NCBI GenBank assembly: GCA_963846575.1
Contig: CAWJWJ010000002.1
Location: forward strand, 320,001-384,000
From: an uncultured Nitrospiraceae bacterium
GTDB lineage: Bacteria > Nitrospirota > Nitrospiria > Nitrospirales > Nitrospiraceae
DNA length: 64,000 nucleotides
Direction: 5' to 3'
In this document: positions 9,973-19,508 of the stretch, one piece after another
Position numbering within the stretch: position 1 is the stretch's first letter
Layout of the letters: each line of letters starts with the position of its first letter
Translations under genes and position numbers: made by a program
The notes under the pieces: generated by a model
Databases searched by the model: none
What the model saw: only the letters and a program-made list of their open reading frames with translations
What the model was told of the DNA's origin: nothing

Positions 9973-10485
9973 GTGACACCACTACGATCGTTCTGGGTGC
10001 CGCTTATCATTCTGTGCCTCGGGCTGGTCGTCTGGAGGGTGGACGCATCGGCCGAGACGCTCTACGTGCAAGCGAAGCAGGCGCAACTGCGTGCCGGAAA
10101 AACCTCTTTGGACGCGGTGGTCGGGAACGTGAAGTTCGGTGATCCGCTCGAGGTCGTCGGTCGGGATGGCAATTGGGTGGAGGTCAAAACGCCGACCGGT
10201 GCGCGAGGATGGATTTTTGCCAACAAAACGACGCCATCGAAGCCTTCCGGTAGCAATGATAGCCTGGCCAGGCTCGGTCAGAGCATGCGAGGGGGAGATG
10301 CTTCCGCGACGACGGCCTCGGCCGGCGCGCGAGGACTGGACAAGGCTTCAGAGGGCTATGCCAACCGGGCCGGAGTCTCTGCGCGTGATCGGGAGGCTGT
10401 GGATCGTATGACGTCCTACCAGATCCCGGACCAGGAGGTGGAGGAGTTTCTGCGGGAAGGAGGGCTCGGTGAATATGCCAAATAA
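9973..10485 (+). CDS. Secreted bacterial SH3-domain protein
   Basis: GGAGG then GTG; signal peptide; GNWVEVKTPTGARGWI; ASAGARGL tail. Confidence 0.85.
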   Translation: MTPLRSFWVPLIILCLGLVVWRVDASAETLYVQAKQAQLRAGKTSLDAVVGNVKFGDPLEVVGRDGNWVEVKTPTGARGWIFANKTTPSKPSGSNDSLARLGQSMRGGDASATTASAGARGLDKASEGYANRAGVSARDREAVDRMTSYQIPDQEVEEFLREGGLGEYAK

Positions 10486-11341
10486 GCGTCGCATCCTGGT
10501 GAGTCTGGTCGCGTGCGCGCTGGCGCTTGGTGGTTGTGCCGAGATGCAACGGGCGGCGGAAGATGCCGCCAAGCAATCGGGGAATCCGCGATTGGCGGGT
10601 GCCATCAAGGGTGCGGGGAATGTCGTCGGCAGCCTCCTGCCCATCGGCTATGAGGAAGAGTCGTCCATCGGACAGGCGATGGCATTACAGGTCATGGCGC
10701 GCTACGGCGGAGTCGTGGATCAGCCTGAGTTGGTCCGGTACGTAAATCTGGTGGGGAGGGCGGTGGCCAACACGTCCGACCGGCCCGACATTCCGTACCG
10801 CGTCGCCATCCTGGAACACGATTCGATCAATGCCTTTGCCGCTCCAGCCGGGTATATCTTCCTCACGCGCGGGCTACTGAAACAGATCCGGAACGAGGCG
10901 GAACTTGCCGCCGTTCTGGGACACGAAATCGCCCATGTGAGTGAAAAGCACATTCTGGATGTCATTCAACGGAGCAAGCGTCTGGCCGGTGTGACGGAGG
11001 CAGGATTGTCCTATGCCACCAATAATCCCGGAGCGTTCAAAGGCGTGATCGACGGCGCCGTTAAAAAATTGCTGGATGAAGGCCTCGATCAAGACAAGGA
11101 AACCGAGGCCGACAGGGTGGGTGAAGTGTTCGCGACACGAGTCGGATACGATTCAGGCGCCTATGTCGCGCTGTTGACGCGGCTGCGTGAACTTAAAGGC
11201 GATGACCAGGCCTTTTTCAAAACCCACCCCAACTTTTCAGCCCGGATCGAAGCGGTGCAGCAGACGATTCGCACCAGACATCTTCCGGCAACGGGACTCT
11301 TGCTGCAGGATCGATTTGTGCGTATGACGAAACGAGTCTAG
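10475..11341 (+). CDS. M48-family zinc metalloprotease lipoprotein
   Basis: Lipobox LGGC; NAFAAPAG, HEIAH, ETEAD, THP. Confidence 0.9.
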   Translation: MPNKRRILVSLVACALALGGCAEMQRAAEDAAKQSGNPRLAGAIKGAGNVVGSLLPIGYEEESSIGQAMALQVMARYGGVVDQPELVRYVNLVGRAVANTSDRPDIPYRVAILEHDSINAFAAPAGYIFLTRGLLKQIRNEAELAAVLGHEIAHVSEKHILDVIQRSKRLAGVTEAGLSYATNNPGAFKGVIDGAVKKLLDEGLDQDKETEADRVGEVFATRVGYDSGAYVALLTRLRELKGDDQAFFKTHPNFSARIEAVQQTIRTRHLPATGLLLQDRFVRMTKRV

Positions 11342-11404
11342 ACGGAGAGTGCCTGCCCTTTGCCCGCTCGTCTCCACCTCCAGGCAGACGGCGGCCGTGG
11401 GATC

Positions 11405-13351
11405 TCAGTCGGGCGTCGCGGGGGGAAACCGGAAGGTGCACGACGTTCCGTTTCCCGTGGGGCTCGCGATGACGAAACTTCCGCCGTTGTCTTCGACCAG
11501 GCGCTTGACGTTCGTCAGCCCGAGTCCGGTTCCGTAATCTTTCGTCGTAAAAAACGGCTCGAAGATCCTGGCACAATACTCGGGGGCAATGCCGGTCCCA
11601 TTATCCGTCACGTCAATTTCCACGTCGCCCTCGTCTCCCAGCCGGGTGGTAAGGATCATCCTGCCTCCGTCCGGCATGGCTTCTCGCGCGTTGATCAGAA
11701 CGTTCATTAAGGCCTCCTTGATCTGTTCCGGATCGACATGGACGGCGGGCAGATCGGCGCCCAACCGATGCTCAACCTGAATCCGTTCGTGCCCGCCTTG
11801 CGCCTCCCACTGCCGTTGAGCCGCTTGGAGCACCTCCTCGGCGGCGACGATCTGTTTGTCCGGTGGTTTCTGTCTGGCGTACCGGAGAAAGTCATGGAGG
11901 CGGTGCGAAAGTTTGTCGACTTCGTCGATGATATACCCTGCCATTTCCTGGCGAATGCTTTCCTCCTGCGGACCGGCGAGCACCACTTGCGCGCTGCTCC
12001 GGATCACCCCGAGGGGGTTGCGTAGATCGTGGGCCAGCGCGGCGAGGAGTTGCCCAACGGAGGCCAGTTTTTCCTGCCGGATCAGCTCATGCTGCTGGGA
12101 TCGGATCGTCCGCAGATTTTCCTCCAAGACCTGTTTCATCGCCGCAAAACTCGTGGCGAGATCTTCAATCTCGTCGCCGGTGTGATATTCCACCGGGAGG
12201 GCCGGCACGAGTGACGGGCTCGAGGTGCCGCTGGGCGCTAGCGCCAGAAGATGGCGCAGCCCTTCGGCTTCGCGTTGGAGTGCTGCGAGCGGCTTGACGA
12301 TGCGGTAGCCGACCAGAAATCCGAAGGCCGAGAGCCCGAGGACGAGTCCGAAGCCGACCAGCCCCACTGTCACCAGCAATGAGTAGATCGGGGCATAGGT
12401 TTCTTCTGGGGCCTGCCGGATGAAGGCGTACCACCGGTCGCCTCCCAGGCTGGAAGGCGTCAGATGATGACTGAAATGAACCGGCGCGGCTCCGACGATG
12501 GCATCGCGGCCGCCATGCGCGTCATCTTCCGCCACCAGCCACAGAGGGTGGTCCAAAGTCAGTTTGCTCAGCAGGACAGGGGGGATCAAGTGAGCGGTCG
12601 GCGGGAGTACGGGGCAGATCAACGGGGTGCCCTGCGTGTCGAGGAGCATGCCATGCCCGGTGTTGCCGATGTGAATCGGGAGAATCATGTTGGTAAGCAG
12701 GCTGCGACGAATCACGAGCCCGACCGCACCGATGGGCGTGCCCTTGGCTTCATCGAGGATCGGAACCGCCACGTGGAAGAGCGCGTCATTGGTTCGCGCG
12801 TCCGGCGCCAGGCCGCTGACGTAGTAGGTTCCGGGGCTCGCGCGGATGGCCTCACGCCACCAGTCCTGCCCCGCCTGTTGCGACGGGAGCAGCGGATCGG
12901 TCGATGCCACGACCTGTCCCTGCTGATCGGCCACGGTGATCCGCACATAGTGACCGGACTCGCGCGCCCATTCTTCCAGATACCGGACGGTGGTGGTCAC
13001 TGCTTCGGAGTTGTTTCGGTCTCGCAGCGGCGCGTCTGGCGGTGAACGACGGAAGGCGCTGTCCGCGTGATGTCTTGCGCGCTCATTCGCGAGCATGACC
13101 GGTTGCCGGACATGGAGGGGGACAAGCGCCAATCGGATGGCCCGGTCGACTTCGTTGTCAACGGCGGCGGCCAATCGAATGGCGGTCGAGCGGGCGATCT
13201 CCTGAAACCCCTCACCGATGGCTTGCTTGAGGCTGTCGGTGCTGGAGCGGTAGGTGACCCAGAGGGCCGCAACGCCGGGCACGATGCCGACAATCAGCAG
13301 CGCAACGAACAACTTCCTCTGGAGCCCGCCCGTTCGCCGCGTGGGACGCAT
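11405..13351 (-). CDS. Membrane sensor histidine kinase (Cache-type sensor, HAMP, NtrB-like core)
   Basis: LAHDLRNPL, NAREAM, DNGTGI, FFTTK, GTGLGL; coupled to the upstream regulator. Confidence 0.9.
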   Translation of the reverse strand: MRPTRRTGGLQRKLFVALLIVGIVPGVAALWVTYRSSTDSLKQAIGEGFQEIARSTAIRLAAAVDNEVDRAIRLALVPLHVRQPVMLANERARHHADSAFRRSPPDAPLRDRNNSEAVTTTVRYLEEWARESGHYVRITVADQQGQVVASTDPLLPSQQAGQDWWREAIRASPGTYYVSGLAPDARTNDALFHVAVPILDEAKGTPIGAVGLVIRRSLLTNMILPIHIGNTGHGMLLDTQGTPLICPVLPPTAHLIPPVLLSKLTLDHPLWLVAEDDAHGGRDAIVGAAPVHFSHHLTPSSLGGDRWYAFIRQAPEETYAPIYSLLVTVGLVGFGLVLGLSAFGFLVGYRIVKPLAALQREAEGLRHLLALAPSGTSSPSLVPALPVEYHTGDEIEDLATSFAAMKQVLEENLRTIRSQQHELIRQEKLASVGQLLAALAHDLRNPLGVIRSSAQVVLAGPQEESIRQEMAGYIIDEVDKLSHRLHDFLRYARQKPPDKQIVAAEEVLQAAQRQWEAQGGHERIQVEHRLGADLPAVHVDPEQIKEALMNVLINAREAMPDGGRMILTTRLGDEGDVEIDVTDNGTGIAPEYCARIFEPFFTTKDYGTGLGLTNVKRLVEDNGGSFVIASPTGNGTSCTFRFPPATPD

Positions 13352-14736
13352 CAACCTGAAGGCTGCGACAGATTATGTTTCGCCATACGATACCGCAACG
13401 TATTGCGTGTGATTTTGAGTAGCCGGCTGGCTTCCGACACGTTTCCGCGGGTCTTTTGCAGGGCTTCCTGGAGCATCGCCTTTTCGACTTCGTCCACCGA
13501 GAGTCCCAGTGAAAGGAGTGAGGGAGAATCGGCCGACGCGACGTGCTGGTGCAGAGATGGAGCTTTGAGCGAGGCCGGAAGATGGTCCGGCGCGATTTCC
13601 TCCTGCTTGCACGTGATGGTCAGCCATTCTACGACGTTGTGGAGTTCACGCACATTGCCCGGCCAGTCATACTGGTGCAGCACGGACATGGCTTCCGGAG
13701 ACACGCGCCGGATGCGGCTGCCGCGTTCTCTGCGGGCCCGGTCCAAAAATTGAAGCAGAATCGGTTCGATATCCTCGGGACGTTCCCGCAACGCAGGCAT
13801 CCGGAGCTGATAAACGTTCAGCCGATAGTAGAGATCCAGTCGAAAGCGACCGGCCTTGATGAGATCGGGCAACTCCTGGTTTGTCGCGGCGATCACGCGG
13901 ATATCGACGGTGAGACTTCGTACTCCCCCCAGCGGTTCCACCACATGCTGCTCAAGGACCCTGAGCAGCTTCGCTTGCGCCGCCAGGCTCAATTCTCCGA
14001 TTTCGTCCAGGAACAGCGTGCCGCCATCAGCCAGCTGAAAACGTCCCGGCTTGGCTTTCTTGGCATCGGTGAACGCACCCTTCTCATATCCGAACAGTTC
14101 GGATTCCAACAGGTGTTCGGGAATGCCGGCGCAGTTCAACGCGACCATCGGTCCCTGGGCGCGCGGGCTGACGAGATGAATCGCCCGGGCAAGCAGGTCT
14201 TTGCCCGTTCCGCTCTCGCCCGTGATGAGTACGGTGGCGTCGGTTTGCGCCACCTCTTGGGCCAGGCGCTTCACGAGCTCCATTTGTTTGGAGACGCTGA
14301 TAATCCGATCGAATCCGAACTGCTCATGTAACCCTGCCCGCAGACTGCGATTGTCCCTGGCCAACTGCCGGACTTGCAAAGCGCGGGCAATAACAATCTT
14401 CAACTCTTCATTGTCGACGGGCTTGGAAATATAGTCGTAGGCACCCTTCTGCATCGCTTCCACGGCCGACTTGACGGTTCCGTACCCTGTCACGATGAGT
14501 ACCGGTACCTCTGGCAGTTGTTGACGCGCGGCCTCCAGCACGTCCATCCCCGACAGGGTTCCCACCTGCAGATCCGTAATGATCATGTCGAAGTTGCCAT
14601 GGTCGTGGATGAGGCTGATCGCCTCGGCTCCGGAACGTGCCGTGAGCAACTCATAGCCAGCCGGCTTCAGCACCAGCTCGAAGAGCCGGAGCATCCGTGC
14701 CTCGTCTTCCACGATCAGGAGGGTTGGTGCCTGCAT
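13351..14736 (-). CDS. Sigma54-dependent NtrC/AtoC-family response regulator
   Basis: REC, GESGTGKD, GAFTDA, WPGNVREL, Fis-type HTH. Confidence 0.95.
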   Translation of the reverse strand: MQAPTLLIVEDEARMLRLFELVLKPAGYELLTARSGAEAISLIHDHGNFDMIITDLQVGTLSGMDVLEAARQQLPEVPVLIVTGYGTVKSAVEAMQKGAYDYISKPVDNEELKIVIARALQVRQLARDNRSLRAGLHEQFGFDRIISVSKQMELVKRLAQEVAQTDATVLITGESGTGKDLLARAIHLVSPRAQGPMVALNCAGIPEHLLESELFGYEKGAFTDAKKAKPGRFQLADGGTLFLDEIGELSLAAQAKLLRVLEQHVVEPLGGVRSLTVDIRVIAATNQELPDLIKAGRFRLDLYYRLNVYQLRMPALRERPEDIEPILLQFLDRARRERGSRIRRVSPEAMSVLHQYDWPGNVRELHNVVEWLTITCKQEEIAPDHLPASLKAPSLHQHVASADSPSLLSLGLSVDEVEKAMLQEALQKTRGNVSEASRLLKITRNTLRYRMAKHNLSQPSG

Positions 14737-14827
14737 GGTGCCTCAACCGATGGAGAGCGCTTCTCGTGGGCTCGAGGACATGGGCAGGTAGCCTACCACT
14801 ATCAGCAGAACAGGAACAGTGGGGTGG

Positions 14828-15856
14828 TTATCGGGGACCATGGTTCGGCGAAGGTGTATCGGGTGAGTGGTCGGCGGGCCCGGTTTCGTTGGCCAGCGCC
14901 CAGGCCAGGTTGCGCTGCAGCCCAAGGTATTTTGCCCGCCGAATGGGACTCTGTTTGAACGTGGTGGCGAAGGTTTGTTCGTTCATGTTCGTCATCATCA
15001 GCAGCGAAGGAGCACTCGTGAGCGAGGAGGAGTGAAAGCCCGGCTCACGGGTTGGTTCCGCCTGGAGGTTGTAGGGACAAATATCCAAACAATCATCGCA
15101 GCCGAAAATCCGATTGCCCAGTCCCCGCCGGAGGTCCTCCGCCAGCGGGGGCTCCGTTCCGCGGAGCTCGATGGTGAGGTACGAGATGCATCGGCCTGCA
15201 TCCACCACATAGGGCTCAGTGATCGCGCCGGTGGGACAGGCTTGAATACAGAGGGTACAGCTCCCGCAAAGGTCGGTTCCCGCCTCATCGGGGTCTAACT
15301 CCGCAGTCGTCAGGATTTCACCCAAAAGCAGCCAGGAGCCGAATTGCGCTGAGACGAGATTGGAATGTTTGCCGATCCAGCCGAGGCCGGCCTGTTGCGC
15401 CCAGGCCTTTTCCATGACGGGTCCGGTATCGACATAGGCGCGCTGGCGACTGTCTGGAGCCAGCGTACTGATGCGGTCGGCCAGTTGGGTCAGCCGGTCG
15501 CCGAGGATTTGATGGTAGTCGGTGCCCCAGGCATAGCGGGCGATGCGCCCGTTTCCGGGACGTTCGTCGGCCCGTGTCTCCGTGTAATAGTTCATGCCAA
15601 CGGAAATGAGAGCGCGACAACCGGGCAACACGCGGGTTGGATCGGCTCGACGTTCCGGGTCACGGGCCATCCAGGCCATGGTCGCGTGGAATCCGCGCTG
15701 GAGCCATTGGTGTAACCGGCCGAGGAGTTGACCAGCGGGGGGCGAATGATCCTGGTCCGGGGAGAAGGGTGCCGGCGGCAGAATGCTGATGCCGACGGCG
15801 TCGAAACCAAGTTCGCGGGCGGCTTGTTTGATCTCACGTGTGAGCGAGGCGGACAT
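14828..15856 (-). CDS. queG: tRNA epoxyqueuosine(34) reductase
   Basis: IARYAWGTDYH, VDTGPVMEK, CGSCTLCIQACPT, RCISYLTIE, FGCDDC; start MSASLTREIK. Confidence 0.93.
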   Translation of the reverse strand: MSASLTREIKQAARELGFDAVGISILPPAPFSPDQDHSPPAGQLLGRLHQWLQRGFHATMAWMARDPERRADPTRVLPGCRALISVGMNYYTETRADERPGNGRIARYAWGTDYHQILGDRLTQLADRISTLAPDSRQRAYVDTGPVMEKAWAQQAGLGWIGKHSNLVSAQFGSWLLLGEILTTAELDPDEAGTDLCGSCTLCIQACPTGAITEPYVVDAGRCISYLTIELRGTEPPLAEDLRRGLGNRIFGCDDCLDICPYNLQAEPTREPGFHSSSLTSAPSLLMMTNMNEQTFATTFKQSPIRRAKYLGLQRNLAWALANETGPADHSPDTPSPNHGPR

Positions 15857-16230
15857 TAGGGTTTCGAGCAGTCGAATCGCACCATAAACTGGCCGGTGCA
15901 TTGGCTGGAATCGCAGCGGGTGCACTGGCCGGTAATGCGAGTCTTCCAATCCGTACTTTTTTCTTCGAAGGAGCAGAAGGTGCGGCCTGCTTTGGACACC
16001 GTCGTCCAGGGCCTGTTGGTCCCGGGGAATTGTGCAATGACGCAGCCGGCCGGTATCGGCACCTGGCATTGGTGCGTCGGATCGCCCTTCGTCATCCCGA
16101 AACTGCAGGATTGTTCAGTCGTTGCGGAGGAATCAGCCGGCATTTGGGCCTGCCCCGGGTCTGCCATAAGGCAGAGGGCCAGACTCCCACCGAGCAGCGT
16201 GGAAAGAAATGGACGAGTGCACCGTTGCAT
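15856..16230 (-). CDS. Small secreted cysteine-rich protein (8 Cys in mature part)
   Basis: AGGAG RBS, signal peptide ending GQA-Q; TAA/ATG overlap with queG. Confidence 0.75.
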   Translation of the reverse strand: MQRCTRPFLSTLLGGSLALCLMADPGQAQMPADSSATTEQSCSFGMTKGDPTHQCQVPIPAGCVIAQFPGTNRPWTTVSKAGRTFCSFEEKSTDWKTRITGQCTRCDSSQCTGQFMVRFDCSKP

Positions 16231-16408
16231 GGGTATTCCGCTCCTGGAAAAGACTGAATGCTAACACAGCCGCGATGGCCAGCGCGAACGGTGCGGTGTG
16301 CCCCAGGTCCTCCGATTCCATGCGGATATGTCCAAAAACCACCATCACTGTATGGCCGCGCCTAAGTCCGGTTCCCCGTAACGTACCGACAACACTCAGG
16401 GGGCGCAG

Positions 16409-16424
16409 TGGCATATTAGTTGCG
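16409..16424 (+). promoter_or_regulatory. Sigma54 -24/-12 promoter
   Basis: TGGCATATTAGTTGCG = GG-N10-GC upstream of the REC-PAS gene. Confidence 0.65.
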
Positions 16425-16559
16425 TTCCGTCGCCAGGGGAAACATGCGGACAGGAGAGAGTGGGATTATTTTGACGCGGGGCCTGCATCCCATCACGTGA
16501 ATGGCGCCCGCGACGATGGCGTGATCTCATCTGAGCCTCGTCTATTGCCCGGTTGCACG

Positions 16560-17339
16560 ATGGCGCAAGCAAAGATTCTCATCGTGGATGATGAAGTGGG
16601 GGTGGCTGAGGCCATCAAGCGACAGCTGCGTGCGCTTGGTTATCTGGTCGTGGGCGTGGTATCGACCGGGAATGATGCGGTCCAATCGGCCGGTGACCAT
16701 CGGCCCGACTTGATCCTCATGGATATCAAATTAAAAGGCTCCATGGATGGCATTGAAGCGGCCAGGACGATTCGGTCCCGATATGCCATCCCTGTGATCT
16801 ACCTGACTGCCTTCTCGGATGAAGAGACGTTGGAGCGTGCGAGAGCGACGCTGCCGTTAGCCTATTTGATCAAACCGTTCGTGAGCAGCGACCTGCGTGT
16901 GGCGGTGGAAGTGGCGCTTTTTCGTCACCGCGTATCCGGCATGGCGGAACAGCGGGGACGGTGGCTGAATACGGTCGTGCAGTCCATGGGGGATGCCGTG
17001 ATTACGGTCGATGGACAGGCCAAGGTTACGATGATGAATCCGGCCGCAGAACGCCTGACCGGATGGTTGCACTCGGAGGTCATAGGCAAACCTGCCGAGG
17101 AGGTGGTGCTGTTGGTAGAGGCCCAGAGCAGGTACCCTGTCATGAATCCGGCGGTACAAGCTCTCCGGACGGGGAGACAGACGGAATTGCTCCCCCGTTC
17201 ATTCCTATTGATCAGTCGCCAGGGTATCGCACAGGGAATTGGCGGAACGGTGACGGTGATTCAGGATGATGGGGGCAATCCGTCAGGCGTGGTGATGGTG
17301 CTGCGTACGGCTCCTATGCGAGAGGATGGGACACGCTAG
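16560..17339 (+). CDS. REC-PAS protein without output domain
   Basis: KILIVDDE, LMDIKL, YLIKPF; PAS DAVITVD...NPAAERLTGW. Confidence 0.85.
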   Translation: MAQAKILIVDDEVGVAEAIKRQLRALGYLVVGVVSTGNDAVQSAGDHRPDLILMDIKLKGSMDGIEAARTIRSRYAIPVIYLTAFSDEETLERARATLPLAYLIKPFVSSDLRVAVEVALFRHRVSGMAEQRGRWLNTVVQSMGDAVITVDGQAKVTMMNPAAERLTGWLHSEVIGKPAEEVVLLVEAQSRYPVMNPAVQALRTGRQTELLPRSFLLISRQGIAQGIGGTVTVIQDDGGNPSGVVMVLRTAPMREDGTR

Positions 17340-17594
17340 GCGTCGGCCGCCCGGTTGCCCATTCGTGCTGAACACTGATGAATATGTTCCTGTGGCCTCT
17401 CTCGCACTCCGACCTGCCGCTCAGTATAATCCATGGACAGTTGCAGGCGTCGGGCATATGGTGGGATTACACTCGGGTCTTTGTGTTGATGGTGGGAGTG
17501 TATGAGATCGGATTCCGCCTCAGACCGGTGCTGCTATGAGCCGGGGGTATATGCGGTCGGGCAACAGGCCGGCGGCATGGTTGCGTAATAAATT

Positions 17595-18194
17595 ATGATC
17601 TTCTCACGCCCCGCCATGTGTCTCGCGTTGCTGTCCGTCTGCCTGACGTGCCCTGCGGTATTTGCCGGGTCAATGGCGGCGGCAGGTTCGGCCGATCCGG
17701 GTCCATCCCTCAAGTCGCTGGTCGTGCAACCGGATCCTTCCGGCGGTGTTCGGGCCACGGCCACGCTGTTGTTTCCCGGCAGCCCGGCCGTTCTCCACTC
17801 GATCCTGTCTGAATATCGGAAGTGGCCGGAGCTGTTTGAAACCGGCATGCGAGTCAGCCGGATCGAGGAGCGAGGCGGGCACGTTCTCACAGATCTCTAT
17901 ATTTCTCACGCGCTCTTGCCAGTCGAGCAACGGCTGCTCTGTGAGTCGCAAGATTTACCCGGAGGGGGACTCGTCACGGACCTCAGGGGGGGAGACTTCA
18001 AGCGATACCATCGGGTGTGGAAGCTGCAGCCGGCAGGTGACGGCAGTCAGACCAGGGCGGACTTTGAATTGCTGGTCGAGATCCAGACGATAGCACCCGA
18101 TTGGTTGGTGGCCGTGGCCATGGAGCGCGAACTCCAGGCCCATTTTCGTATCGTGCGGCAGAAGGCGCTGGATCGGACTACGACGGGAAAGTAA
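17595..18194 (+). CDS. SRPBCC/START-fold protein, probably exported
   Basis: Hydrophobic N-terminus; ILSEYRKWPELF, GGDFKRYHRVWKL. Confidence 0.7.
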   Translation: MIFSRPAMCLALLSVCLTCPAVFAGSMAAAGSADPGPSLKSLVVQPDPSGGVRATATLLFPGSPAVLHSILSEYRKWPELFETGMRVSRIEERGGHVLTDLYISHALLPVEQRLLCESQDLPGGGLVTDLRGGDFKRYHRVWKLQPAGDGSQTRADFELLVEIQTIAPDWLVAVAMERELQAHFRIVRQKALDRTTTGK

Positions 18195-19356
18195 AGGTGG
18201 AGAGCTCGGCTTTTTCCACGCCCTTTTTGACGAAGGCACTGATCTCCAGTCCCCGCTCGACACGATGGATGTCAGCCAGCTTGGTTCTGGTGCTGGGATG
18301 GAGCGGCACGAAAAGCTTGCAGCAATCCTGATCCGGCTCAATCGACGTGGCATAACTGCCCAGCTGCTGGGCCTGCTCGGTGATTTCGATTTTGTCCATT
18401 CCGATGAGAGGCCGGAGGAGCGGTAGCTCAGCCGCCTCTTCCACCACCGAAAGATTCTCCGCGGTTTGTGAGGCGACCTGCCCCAGACTATCGCCGGTGA
18501 CAAGAGCCCAGCAGCCCTCGCGTCGTGCCAGTTCCTCGGCAATGCGCACCATGATTCGCCGATAGAGCACCACTCGGAAGGGAGCAGGGGCCTCGGCAAC
18601 GATCTCGCGTTGAATCTCGCCAAACGGCACGATGTAGAGTTGCGAGTGATATTGGTAGGCTGTCAGCAGTTGTACCAACTCCTGGACCTTTTCTTCGGAG
18701 GCCCGGGTGACGAGCGGACGGCCGGAGAAATGGACGAACACTGTTTTGCAACCGCGTTTTATCATTCGGTAGGCCGCGACAGGCGAGTCGATGCCGCCTG
18801 AGATCAGACAGGCCACTTTGCCGCTGGTGCCCACCGGCATGCCCCCCGGTCCCTGGATCTTCCTTGCCGCCACATGGGCCTCACGGGTGAGCAGCTCGAC
18901 GTAGAGGGTGAGATCAGGCTGCTTTAGTCGTACGGTCTTTCCGGTCACTACACAGAGGTGCCTTCCGATTTCGCGTTCGACATCCATGGAGGTCATCGCG
19001 AGACGCTTGTCCGCCCGTTTCGCCGTCACCCGGAAGGTCTCGAACAGTTCGTTGGAGACGAGCCGTTCGGCCGCCCCTTTCAGTGACGTCAAGTCCGAGC
19101 TGGTCAGGTCTAAGGGCACCGATTCGGTCAGCAGAAAATTCGCCACGCCGCAGGTCCGGCGCAACCGTTCCGCCACGAGGTCGGGCGAGACCGGTTCGGG
19201 AATCGTGATTCGAATGCGTCCCTGCACGCAGCTGACCCTCCGGATGCGGAGATCTTTCAGCGCGAGCCGGATATTGCGGACCAGGCGTTGTTCGAAGAAA
19301 TCGCGGTTGCGGCCTTTAAGGGCAAGTTCGTGGTAGTGGACGATTGCGCAATGCAT
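18178..19356 (-). CDS. thiI: tRNA 4-thiouridine(8) synthase, short form without rhodanese domain
   Basis: YHELALKGRNR, THUMP region, SGGIDSPVA, GDSLGQVASQT, DCC. Confidence 0.93.
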   Translation of the reverse strand: MHCAIVHYHELALKGRNRDFFEQRLVRNIRLALKDLRIRRVSCVQGRIRITIPEPVSPDLVAERLRRTCGVANFLLTESVPLDLTSSDLTSLKGAAERLVSNELFETFRVTAKRADKRLAMTSMDVEREIGRHLCVVTGKTVRLKQPDLTLYVELLTREAHVAARKIQGPGGMPVGTSGKVACLISGGIDSPVAAYRMIKRGCKTVFVHFSGRPLVTRASEEKVQELVQLLTAYQYHSQLYIVPFGEIQREIVAEAPAPFRVVLYRRIMVRIAEELARREGCWALVTGDSLGQVASQTAENLSVVEEAAELPLLRPLIGMDKIEITEQAQQLGSYATSIEPDQDCCKLFVPLHPSTRTKLADIHRVERGLEISAFVKKGVEKAELSTFTFPS

Positions 19357-19508
19357 AGTGTTACCAGGATGTCGGAAACGACCGTCAACGTCGTGCTCCG
19401 CGCGACAAGATCCTTAACGTACCCTCGAGGGTATGCCATCGGTGTCTCTCCCGTCGGCGGCCTGACTGGCCAGTCATTGTCAGTATTGTGAGGGGTTGGA
19501 GTCGATCG

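Noticed and set aside
15856..16230. c-type cytochrome
   Set aside because: CTRC is followed by Asp, not His
17570..17585. Fourth sigma54 promoter before the SRPBCC gene
   Set aside because: GG-N10-GC is present but the -24 box is weak and it lies very close to the start
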